Assembly (NCBI RefSeq): GCF_008000775.2
Contig: NZ_CP042905.2
Coordinates: 4,080,001-4,112,000, forward strand
Source of the DNA: Promethearchaeum syntrophicum
GTDB lineage: Archaea > Asgardarchaeota > Lokiarchaeia > Sigyniarchaeales > Promethearchaeaceae
DNA length: 32,000 nt
Direction of reading: 5' to 3'
This document shows, in pieces, positions 10,611-18,642 of the stretch (its first letter is position 1; each line of letters starts with the position of its first letter). Below the pieces are notes generated by a model. It ran no database searches and was not told where the DNA came from. It saw nothing but the letters and a program-made list of their open reading frames with translations. A program made the position numbers and the translations under genes.

Positions 10611-11366
10611 TTAATATCCATAAACCACCGTACTATGTTCTGCGTTTCCCACTTTATCCAGTAAATCTCGATCCGAAATTTGCTCCCCATCTTCCACACT
10701 ATAAGCTCTTGCTTTGGTCTTTCTTTTTCTTAAGGTGTCTAATAATTCTAAAGCTTCAAATTCTGATAAAAATCCAATATAAAAATCATCCCCGTTTTTC
10801 TGAGTTTTTAATTCAAAAAATGAATTTGGAAAAGTATCTACAACCCAATTTTTAAATCCTTTCATATTATTGAATTTCTCCTCAAAATAAACTTCTATTG
10901 CTTCAAAATCTGCCCCACTACCAGAATATATATGTTCTACTCGTTCATAGAGATGGAGTGATCTATCTTCTGTTATTGGGAGGTAATCTTCATCTCTATC
11001 TCCGTATACCATTAATTTTAAGATATAACTACCATATTCTTGTCCTAATTCTTTATTCAGGTTTTTGTCTCCATTTAAATATTTCGATGGAACATTCTCT
11101 TGGGAAAATCTAACATAAATAAATAATCGTATTTTATTCTTATCCCAATCATCGTCTTTTTCAAATATTTTTTCAATCCCGAACCTTAAATCTTCAAAGT
11201 TCTTAAACCCATATTTAGCAAAGAATGAATTCACATCTTCAGGAATTTTCCTTTCTGAAAGAAAATATGCATTGATAAGATCTCGATTAGATTCTGTAGT
11301 AATTAAACAGATCAAAGCTTGAATTTCAAATTTTGAGTCGGTAATTAATTCATTATTATTGTTCAT
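10611..11366 (-). CDS. Hypothetical protein, 251 aa
   Basis: Uninterrupted ORF 75 nt downstream of the 343-aa gene on the same strand. The protein is acidic with no recognisable motif. Confidence 0.6.
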   Translation of the reverse strand: MNNNNELITDSKFEIQALICLITTESNRDLINAYFLSERKIPEDVNSFFAKYGFKNFEDLRFGIEKIFEKDDDWDKNKIRLFIYVRFSQENVPSKYLNGDKNLNKELGQEYGSYILKLMVYGDRDEDYLPITEDRSLHLYERVEHIYSGSGADFEAIEVYFEEKFNNMKGFKNWVVDTFPNSFFELKTQKNGDDFYIGFLSEFEALELLDTLRKRKTKARAYSVEDGEQISDRDLLDKVGNAEHSTVVYGY

Positions 11367-11441
11367 TTTTTTCCCTCCATTTTTTTTGTTTTATTTAAAA
11401 AAAAACTTGATGTTTATTGATCATAGTTATTTTTGTTTCAA

Positions 11442-12473
11442 TCATTCTGTTTCACCTTTTGATATCTTGAATCGTAATTGGTACTTGAAAAACACTACAT
11501 CATTGAGGACTGAGAGAATTTCTGAAATTTCAGATTTCCTTTTTAAAAATTGAGCGTTTCTTTTCAAAGTCACCTTATTGTTATTAAAACAATTAGTGGG
11601 GAAAGACATCATTCCATTGTCCACTAAAACTGACTCGAGATTTATAACATCGTCTACAGCCCAATCGGAAGAAGATATCGCCATAAATTTTATATTGGCA
11701 TATTTTCCATTTTTTGATTTTCCATTTTTTAAATTTATGTGATCTCTAAATCTGATACGAGATTTTTCACTCCTGCCAACATAAAATCCATCTATACCAG
11801 ATTCTTTATGATTGCAAATCTTATAGTAGACCGAAGGAAATTGAAAAACTTTCTTATCTAGTTTATCAAATGATCTTTCTGGAAAAAACCATAAATTGAA
11901 TCCCTTAAAAATTATTTTCTTAATAGAACCTTTAAAAACTTTAACCGTGTAATTGAAATCATCATTAATTTCATCCGGACAGAAATTTTCATCATATATG
12001 TATCCTCCTTTAACCTTCCTGATTTTTAAATTTTCGTTTGGAAGGTCTTTATTGTAATTTGCTTGATATTTTTTCTCAGTCCCATTTTCGTTTACATGTG
12101 TCTTTCTATAAAAAAGACTCAATATAGTTGGAGACACAACAATACCGGGAAAATTATATATTATCATTCGAAGGAATAATATAACTTTTTCTTTACATGC
12201 AGGAAAAAAACGTTTAGGGAGAATCCTTCCAATAAAATATTTCATCTTAATGTTATCGAAACGATCTAAAATCTTATGTAATTTTTTACCATGATCTTGA
12301 CAAAAATCATGAAGATCTGAATATGCTGTTGGTTTTTTTACTCTATTATTTTCTCTCCAAATTGATTTTGATAATACTAAACTTGAGAATATTATCACCA
12401 AAATAAATAATTTGTCCAAATTTGAATTGAAGACAAACAGATAATATATTTTTATTATATTTAAGTTAGTCAT
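11442..12473 (-). CDS. Hypothetical protein with an N-terminal hydrophobic helix and a C-terminal GIY-YIG-like nuclease core
   Basis: The N-terminal LFILVIIFSSLVLSKSIW segment looks transmembrane. The C-terminal SVYYKICNHKESGIDGFYVGRSEKSRIRFRDH ... INLESVLV ... CFNNN follows the GIY-(x10)-YIG, R..H, E, N order of GIY-YIG nucleases. The start codon is uncertain. Confidence 0.45.
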   Translation of the reverse strand: MTNLNIIKIYYLFVFNSNLDKLFILVIIFSSLVLSKSIWRENNRVKKPTAYSDLHDFCQDHGKKLHKILDRFDNIKMKYFIGRILPKRFFPACKEKVILFLRMIIYNFPGIVVSPTILSLFYRKTHVNENGTEKKYQANYNKDLPNENLKIRKVKGGYIYDENFCPDEINDDFNYTVKVFKGSIKKIIFKGFNLWFFPERSFDKLDKKVFQFPSVYYKICNHKESGIDGFYVGRSEKSRIRFRDHINLKNGKSKNGKYANIKFMAISSSDWAVDDVINLESVLVDNGMMSFPTNCFNNNKVTLKRNAQFLKRKSEISEILSVLNDVVFFKYQLRFKISKGETE

Positions 12474-12508
12474 TAAAAATTATAAATCAATCCGAATATA
12501 AAAGATTA

Positions 12509-12679
12509 ATTGAAATCCAATTCATATATTTAAGATTTATCAAATCTGAATTCATGTGAAATCCAATTTAGAAATAAAATGAAATCCCAATTAGAGATTT
12601 ATCAAATCCAAATTCATATGAAATTTAATTTAGAAATAAAATGAAATCTCGGAATTTTAAAAATTCGAATTCCAATAAT
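12509..12679. repeat. Tandem and iterated repeats in a divergent intergenic region
   Basis: Two ~55-nt units with a 62-nt period: 12533-12587 (agatttatcaaatctgaattcatgtgaaatccaatttagaaataaaatgaaatcc) and 12595-12649 (agatttatcaaatccaaattcatatgaaatttaatttagaaataaaatgaaatct). The short motif GAAATCC(A)AATT recurs at about 12512, 12558 and 12581. Confidence 0.8.
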
Positions 12680-12740
12680 TTTTTTTTTAAAACTACTCAG
12701 TCTTAAAAACCTCACTTGCCTATCATTTATTGAGAGACAA

Positions 12741-15191
12741 ATGGAACGGAAATATAATCTTCTCAATATGTGGGTGCTATTTCAGCGATATAATATTACC
12801 AGAAATTTCAACACCCGCGGATTTGATCAAAATAAAGTAGAATGTGAAAGATTAACTCGAGAATCTCTATTCTCCATGAAACTCAAACACTCCCCGTTTT
12901 TCAGAGCGAGAATGTATACTCACCTTATGTTCAATGAAGCAACTAAAGACCACAATAGTGATGTTTGGCGTTTTTTGCGGAAAAAAATTAGGAATTTCGC
13001 TAAATTCTATCAAGAAATCAGTCATATACAGAGTGAAGTCGATTACGTTCCGATTTTAGCTGATGAAATGATCAAGTTTTCTCTAAAAGAAGGTTCGAAT
13101 TTTATGACATGGGGAATCGTAATGTTTGACTCCCAAATGGACTTTAGAAAGGACGAACAAGATAGATTCATTAATCTGCTAGGAATAACACAAGAAACTG
13201 GAAATATAGAATTAACTTTCCCGTTAATCTCATGTATACAGGAAAATTTTCTCCATAAATCCATGGATTTTTTAGCCTTCTCTCATCCCGAAGGAGAAGA
13301 TTTCTATGTGGATTATTTCCGTTTATATAAAGCCAAATATATGGTTGAAACATTCCAACCCGTGTTCATGGATTGGCTTTTTTCTCAACAAGGACTAGAA
13401 GATGATTTGAAATCTTTTATATCAATTTTAAATTCTGTTTTTATCATTGCTATTTCCAAACCCTTAGAGCAAATTGTTGAGATTATGGAAGATTTGGGAG
13501 GTATTAAGATAATTGGATCTGAAATTTTCGACTTGATTGAATTAAGCGAAATATTCCTTCTGGAATATTGGAATTCTATTGAGATAGATGATCAGATTGT
13601 ATTATTGAATGAATGGCCTGATTCCACTTTCATGTACGAATTTATCTCAGTAATTCCGCAACTTTTTAATCAAGATTTAGCTTTACAACATCTGGAAAAT
13701 CTTTTAAAAATTATGCAAAGGTACGGTTACCATCAAGAAAATCTCGCTTTTCTAGAAGAAAGTCCAAAGGAATATCAATATTTAAACAAAATGAAAAAGA
13801 TATATGGAAATCCAAATGAAAACTTCAATATTTACGCGAGATTAAATTTAGCTCAAGCTCTGCATTTTGGCGATCTTGCCCATACAGAAAGATTGTTAGA
13901 TTATATTTTAAAATCTCCACCCGATTCAAGGGAAAATCTGAAAATTCTAAATTATTATGCTGCGAATCTTAATTTTTTTCAAGAAAAGTGGTCATCAGCA
14001 GAAATCTTCTTTAGAAAGATTGTTGAACCAGACCAAGAGATGAGTCTCAAGCAGAGAGTAATGGCTACGCTCTGTCTATTAATGGATGGAAACACTGAAA
14101 AATTCTATGGTGAATTTGAGGATATCCTGCATAACCACTCGATCCATGCGAATGCAACCCTACCTGAAATTCGAGATTTGTATTGGGATCTTATCGCAAT
14201 GAAGGGTATTTCTTACATGTTTCAGCTAACAGATATCCTAATAGAGAGGGGAAACATTGACGGACCCAAATTATGCAATGAAATGGGGCAAATATCTGCA
14301 GATCTGGGTTATTTTAATGAAGCAATTAAATTTTATAATCGAGGGTTCGAATTTAAAATTTCCGATATATTTAGAGGAAATCTCTACAACAATATAGGCT
14401 CGGTTCTTAACCAGCAAGGAAAATTGGATGAGTCTATTGAAAAGTTCCAACAAGCCGTTGCTCTTAATCCGAATAACGCTCGAGTATGGTTAAATATGTC
14501 CAAATCTTATGGTTTCAAAGGAGAACCGATGAAAGCGTTAGAATGTATAAAGCATACTCAAAAAAATCTCAATTTAGATTCTTCCTCGCTTGCAGAATTT
14601 ATTTGGAGTAACTATGAATCCAATAGGATTGGATTTTTAGCTCATTCCATCATCAATTATAATGCAATTGAATTTTCCGATATTAAAACACAGTTTCGGT
14701 TAGCAGACCGTTTATTTTTTAAATCCTTTCCCCAAGATCCCGACCTACAAGAATTAGCTACATCAATCTTCATGCATTATGGGAATGGAATAGAACTACT
14801 TTTCCATTATAAATTAGGGGCTGCATTTACGAATAAGATTAAAGAGTTGCATGGGGATGATTTGAAAAAATTACGAAATTATAAATTAAAAAAGAACATC
14901 CCAAAAGAATTGCACAATTTGCTATATGAAAATCACGTTAGCCATAGTAATTGGGGAAAAATCATTGAAAATTTTCTCAGGACACCTATAGAAGAGAGAT
15001 TTATACATTATACATCATGTTTTGAGGATTTCAAAGAAGACGAGTTAAAATTGTTAAAGAACGCAGTTGAATTCGCGGGAAAATGGAGAAATCCGAGTGA
15101 TCATGGAGAAATATTAAATTATGATGTTGTTAAGAAATACCGATCACAGTTAATTTTTCTCATTAATTCAAGTCTTGAAATCTTTAGGTGA
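12741..15191 (+). CDS. All-helical repeat/TPR protein with a C-terminal HEPN domain
   Basis: TPR-type repeats: GNLYNNIGSVLNQQGKLDESIEKFQQAVALNPNNARVWLNMSKSYGFKGEPMKALECIKH. The C-terminal HEPN Rx4H motif is AGKWRNPSDHGE (RNPSDH at 15087-15104). The tail is clearly paralogous to that of the 850-aa protein. I saw no Walker A motif. Confidence 0.7.
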   Translation: MERKYNLLNMWVLFQRYNITRNFNTRGFDQNKVECERLTRESLFSMKLKHSPFFRARMYTHLMFNEATKDHNSDVWRFLRKKIRNFAKFYQEISHIQSEVDYVPILADEMIKFSLKEGSNFMTWGIVMFDSQMDFRKDEQDRFINLLGITQETGNIELTFPLISCIQENFLHKSMDFLAFSHPEGEDFYVDYFRLYKAKYMVETFQPVFMDWLFSQQGLEDDLKSFISILNSVFIIAISKPLEQIVEIMEDLGGIKIIGSEIFDLIELSEIFLLEYWNSIEIDDQIVLLNEWPDSTFMYEFISVIPQLFNQDLALQHLENLLKIMQRYGYHQENLAFLEESPKEYQYLNKMKKIYGNPNENFNIYARLNLAQALHFGDLAHTERLLDYILKSPPDSRENLKILNYYAANLNFFQEKWSSAEIFFRKIVEPDQEMSLKQRVMATLCLLMDGNTEKFYGEFEDILHNHSIHANATLPEIRDLYWDLIAMKGISYMFQLTDILIERGNIDGPKLCNEMGQISADLGYFNEAIKFYNRGFEFKISDIFRGNLYNNIGSVLNQQGKLDESIEKFQQAVALNPNNARVWLNMSKSYGFKGEPMKALECIKHTQKNLNLDSSSLAEFIWSNYESNRIGFLAHSIINYNAIEFSDIKTQFRLADRLFFKSFPQDPDLQELATSIFMHYGNGIELLFHYKLGAAFTNKIKELHGDDLKKLRNYKLKKNIPKELHNLLYENHVSHSNWGKIIENFLRTPIEERFIHYTSCFEDFKEDELKLLKNAVEFAGKWRNPSDHGEILNYDVVKKYRSQLIFLINSSLEIFR

Positions 15192-15202
15192 GATTTTACT
15201 CA

Positions 15203-15212
15203 TTTTTTTTTT
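15203..15212 (+). terminator. Oligo-T tract (T10) 12 nt after the stop codon; possible archaeal-type terminator
   Basis: tgagattttactcaTTTTTTTTTTaac immediately follows the stop at 15189-15191. T-runs are common in AT-rich DNA, so this is weak evidence. Confidence 0.3.
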
Positions 15213-15347
15213 AACTAAGGTCACCTAGGGGTCAGGTTTTTTACCTTCATCTTTTTAACTATTCAGATCAAAAATTACACAATTAACTTTAAACGTTTTT
15301 GACAAATATATAATAAATAAGTAAATATAAGAAAGGATAAAAAAATT

Positions 15348-16640
15348 ATGAGTGATGATACACCAAGATATTGGTTTTCATATAAAGGGCGTATTCTGGA
15401 AGCGATCACGCTAAATGGAGAAAAAACTTGGGAAGAATTACAAGAATTTACTGGATTTTCTCCTACAATCTTAAATAAAATTTTGTCCGAGCTTTATTCA
15501 TTGAAAATTCTATCAAAAACAGAAAATGACACTTATCGAATCAGTTATGAAGTATTTTTAGAATATAGAGATTATTTAAAAGAATTAGACAATACGGTCT
15601 CAATTTCTCAAAATAGAGAATTTGTAGTAGACTCAGAAATCGACGATAATGAACAAAAACTTGAGAAGATGTTTGAAGGCAAATTAAACCAATTTAATAT
15701 TTTCTTAAATCAAAAAATAAACGAATTTCAAAGTAAAATGAAAGCAATGGAGAAAGAAATGAATGAAGAAAAACCGATAAATGATGCTACGGGCAAAAAT
15801 ATCATAATAAATTCACTTATTGATTCTCAACTTGGAAAATGGATGATAATTAGGAGATTAGGAGAAGGCGGACAAGCAATTACGTTTATTACTATTGATG
15901 TTGGAGATGCAGAGAAAAAAGAATATGTAATGAAATTTTTTATTCATCGAGAAGATCTTGATCAAGACATGAAGAGATTCAAAAAAGAAATTAAGGCATT
16001 AGAAATGTCAACTGGTCATGAAAATATCGTAGAAATTATTGATTCTCATTTTGGGAGACCAGAAGTAGATTTATATTATATAATGGAAAAATGCGATAAT
16101 GATCTGAAACAGCAAATAAAGAATATGAACGGGTCTAATTATTTATTCAAAATTTTTGATTTCTATTTAGATATAATCAAAGCTGTTGATTTTTTACATT
16201 CCGCAGATATAATCCACCGAGATTTGAAACCAGCGAACATTTTAATAAAGGATAATAAAATCAAAGTGGGGGATTTTGGTATATGTTTTATCCCTGGAAC
16301 TGATCGTGACACCTTCACTAATGAACAAGTTGGACCGAAATTTTATTGCGCTCCTGAATTACTAAATAAACGGGCAGAAAAGATTAGTTTTAAAGCAGAT
16401 TATTATTCATTAGGAAAAATTTTATATTATTTATTATCAGATGGTGAAAATCTTGACGCAGAATACTACGATTTGCCTAATTATAGTTTATCCAAGAAAT
16501 ATAACAATTCTAAATATGATTATTTCAATGAATTCTTCAAAAAAACAATTAATGCCCACATAGAAGAACGATATAGCACTATTGATGAACTAGTTAATGG
16601 ATTTCATAGATGTAAAAACAATTTTCTAAATCCGGAATAA
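15348..16640 (+). CDS. Ser/Thr protein kinase (Hanks-type) with an N-terminal winged-helix-like domain
   Basis: Gly-rich loop LGEGGQAITF, VAIK-like EYVMKF, catalytic loop IIHRDLKPANILI, DFG (VGDFGIC) and APE (YCAPELL). The N-terminal ~75 aa (WEELQEFTGFSPTILNKILSELYSLKILSKTENDTYRISYE) look like a wHTH, followed by a coiled-coil linker. Confidence 0.9.
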   Translation: MSDDTPRYWFSYKGRILEAITLNGEKTWEELQEFTGFSPTILNKILSELYSLKILSKTENDTYRISYEVFLEYRDYLKELDNTVSISQNREFVVDSEIDDNEQKLEKMFEGKLNQFNIFLNQKINEFQSKMKAMEKEMNEEKPINDATGKNIIINSLIDSQLGKWMIIRRLGEGGQAITFITIDVGDAEKKEYVMKFFIHREDLDQDMKRFKKEIKALEMSTGHENIVEIIDSHFGRPEVDLYYIMEKCDNDLKQQIKNMNGSNYLFKIFDFYLDIIKAVDFLHSADIIHRDLKPANILIKDNKIKVGDFGICFIPGTDRDTFTNEQVGPKFYCAPELLNKRAEKISFKADYYSLGKILYYLLSDGENLDAEYYDLPNYSLSKKYNNSKYDYFNEFFKKTINAHIEERYSTIDELVNGFHRCKNNFLNPE

Positions 16641-16685
16641 ATCAAAATTCAATGGTTATAGGAAATTCGAAAATCTGGAAATATT

Positions 16686-16744
16686 CCAGAATGAAATGAT
16701 AAATCTGCATATTTTTAACTCAAAATTTCGGAATTGAAATGATA
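16686..16744 (+). repeat. Two further copies of the inter-module repeat, lying between convergent gene ends
   Basis: ccagaatgaaatgataaatctgcat at 16686-16710 nearly matches cagaatgagatgataaatctgca at 10493-10516. cggaattgaaatgata is at 16729-16744. Confidence 0.7.
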
Positions 16745-16940
16745 TTATTATTAATTAAGAACTCTATATCTAATTAAGATGCAAGAAGATAAAACATTTG
16801 AGAACGCTTGCAAAGATTTATGGAAAGAAATTAGAGATTAAGAATAGATATTTAAAAAAGGATCGAGAATTAATCCAAATTTTAGTATATGGAATGATAT
16901 TATTAAAATTTCCAAAAAGTGAATAATTAGGATTAATAAA

Positions 16941-18608
16941 TCATAGTGAAATTTGTTTAATACCAGACTGGGCAAAAATATCATAAATTTCTTTGATTCT
17001 ATTAATAGATTGTAGTGAATCTTCTCTCTTATCACAATTAGTAAAATAAATTTTTGATTTTGCTCTTGATAAAGCAACAAAAAAGGTACACAATTCAGAA
17101 AAACGATTTCTTTGATAACTAAAAAAAGCATTATCTTCTAAGCCAATAAATATTACTACTTCAAATTCCAAACCCTTACATTTATGAACAGTCATTATTG
17201 GAATAATATCTTTTCCCAAGAGAGATTCTAATGATTTACTCCAATCTTTCTGTATTTGATATTGTTGCCAAAAATAAAAGTTAAATTTATCGATAACTTG
17301 TTTAAGATAATTTCTACTTAAATATTGTGGATATATTGTTGATAACTCAGCAAATCCAAAAATATTGATTAAAGGTCTATATATTTTTGAGAGATCTTGT
17401 ATAGTTTCAATCCTTAAAAATTTTTTTTGTAAAGCTTTTGATAAATTATAGATTATCAAATTTAATTTTTGATATCTTCCTAATTTAGTATCTTCGTTGA
17501 AACCTTTAATATAGATAAGTAAGTTGTAAATATTATTCCAATCTTCTATGGATTGCTCTTTCAAAGATAAACGAATGAAACTAACAACTAATTTTATTAT
17601 TGGTTCACTTAAAAATTCCTGATAAATATTTTCAAAACGTGCAGGTATTCCAAGAATATCAAGTTTCTGGATGATTTTTCCCCTATAAATATCAATTTTA
17701 TTGCGAGTATCCTTTCGACGATAGATAATGCATATTTGTTCTGGAGATATTCCCTTGTCAATATGCTTTTTTATTTCCAAGGCAATTATCTCAGCTTCCC
17801 TTTCTGAATTTGTAAAATGAAAAATTTTACAATCTCCCTCATCATTTTTTTGATATTCTGCTCTAATTTTTATATTTGGATCTAACTTTTCAGCAAAGAA
17901 ACTCTGAATATATTGTAGTTTTTTCTTAGATCGGTAGTTGATTAATAATGGAATTCTTTTTGCCCCAAAATCTCGTTCAAATTTATCAAATATTTTTTTT
18001 TCTGCTCCTGCAAATATCATAATTGTTTGTTTAATATCCCCAACAGCAGTCAATATTGTGGATGATCCCATAAAAGATTCCTTAATAAAGTTATATTGCG
18101 TTGCAGTTGTATCTTGAAATTCATCAAGTAGAACATATTTGTAAGTTTGTTTAATTGCATTATGGAGATGTTTATTATTTTTTATTAACCAAGTGGCTAA
18201 ATTTTGGATACGTTTAAAACTAAGAATATTTTTATTGTTATTCAATAAATTTTTTTTTTTGTCCTGAATTTTATAATTTTTAATTGGTCTGATATCTTCG
18301 GGTAAAGCTAACCTAAATCTATCCAAAATACCTTTTGTAAATGCATCTATTGTTAATGAATCAAATCTAGAAATTAACTCGATACCACATCTTAGTAAAG
18401 CTCTATATTCTAAATTTGTTGCAGAATCGCGTTTAAAAGAAATTGCTAAAATACGATATGGGAAAGGGCATGATTTAGTTTGTAATAAGAAAGAAACTCT
18501 TTGAGCAAGTATCTCTGTTTTTCCAGATCCTGGACCAGCTAATACACTAATATTTTCATTGCTTTTCACAATTTCTAAAGCATTAGAAACCAAGACCATT
18601 TTATCCAT
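16941..18608 (-). CDS. gajB: Gabija GajB, UvrD/PcrA-like SF1 helicase
   Basis: Walker A VLAGPGSGKTE, motif II VLLDEFQDT, C-terminal TVHKCKGLEFEVV and ALSRAKSK. It sits 34 nt downstream of an OLD-family gene, which is the Gabija gene order. Confidence 0.8.
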   Translation of the reverse strand: MDKMVLVSNALEIVKSNENISVLAGPGSGKTEILAQRVSFLLQTKSCPFPYRILAISFKRDSATNLEYRALLRCGIELISRFDSLTIDAFTKGILDRFRLALPEDIRPIKNYKIQDKKKNLLNNNKNILSFKRIQNLATWLIKNNKHLHNAIKQTYKYVLLDEFQDTTATQYNFIKESFMGSSTILTAVGDIKQTIMIFAGAEKKIFDKFERDFGAKRIPLLINYRSKKKLQYIQSFFAEKLDPNIKIRAEYQKNDEGDCKIFHFTNSEREAEIIALEIKKHIDKGISPEQICIIYRRKDTRNKIDIYRGKIIQKLDILGIPARFENIYQEFLSEPIIKLVVSFIRLSLKEQSIEDWNNIYNLLIYIKGFNEDTKLGRYQKLNLIIYNLSKALQKKFLRIETIQDLSKIYRPLINIFGFAELSTIYPQYLSRNYLKQVIDKFNFYFWQQYQIQKDWSKSLESLLGKDIIPIMTVHKCKGLEFEVVIFIGLEDNAFFSYQRNRFSELCTFFVALSRAKSKIYFTNCDKREDSLQSINRIKEIYDIFAQSGIKQISL

Positions 18609-18642
18609 AGGTACCCAATTTTCTCTTTTAATGCAAATTTTA

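Noticed and set aside
10319-10664. Track ORFs 10319..10585 (-) and 10467..10664 (+) considered as protein-coding genes
   Set aside because: They run straight through the repeat cluster. The minus ORF's repeated ISFCKN/ISFCKS peptide is simply the translated repeat. They overlap each other, and no start context or motif supports them.
10898-11553. Track ORFs 10898..11113 (+) and 11359..11553 (+)
   Set aside because: They are antisense to, or overlap, the 251-aa and 343-aa minus-strand genes. They are short, hydrophobic and low-complexity, with no ribosome-binding context.
13043-14453. Track ORFs 13043..13264 (-), 13171..13353 (-) and 14271..14453 (-)
   Set aside because: They are antisense inside the 816-aa TPR-HEPN gene.
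15217-15240. Palindromic-looking aaggtcacctaggggtcaggttttttacctt after the TPR-HEPN gene, considered as a structured terminator or protein-binding site
   Set aside because: Only short 5-6 bp self-complementary pieces (GGTCACC, CCTAGG, AAGGT/ACCTT) are present and no convincing stem forms. The adjacent T10 tract is the simpler termination signal.
16838-17131. Track ORF 16838..17131 (-)
   Set aside because: It overlaps the 3' end of gajB in another frame. Its sequence is leucine/isoleucine-rich noise.
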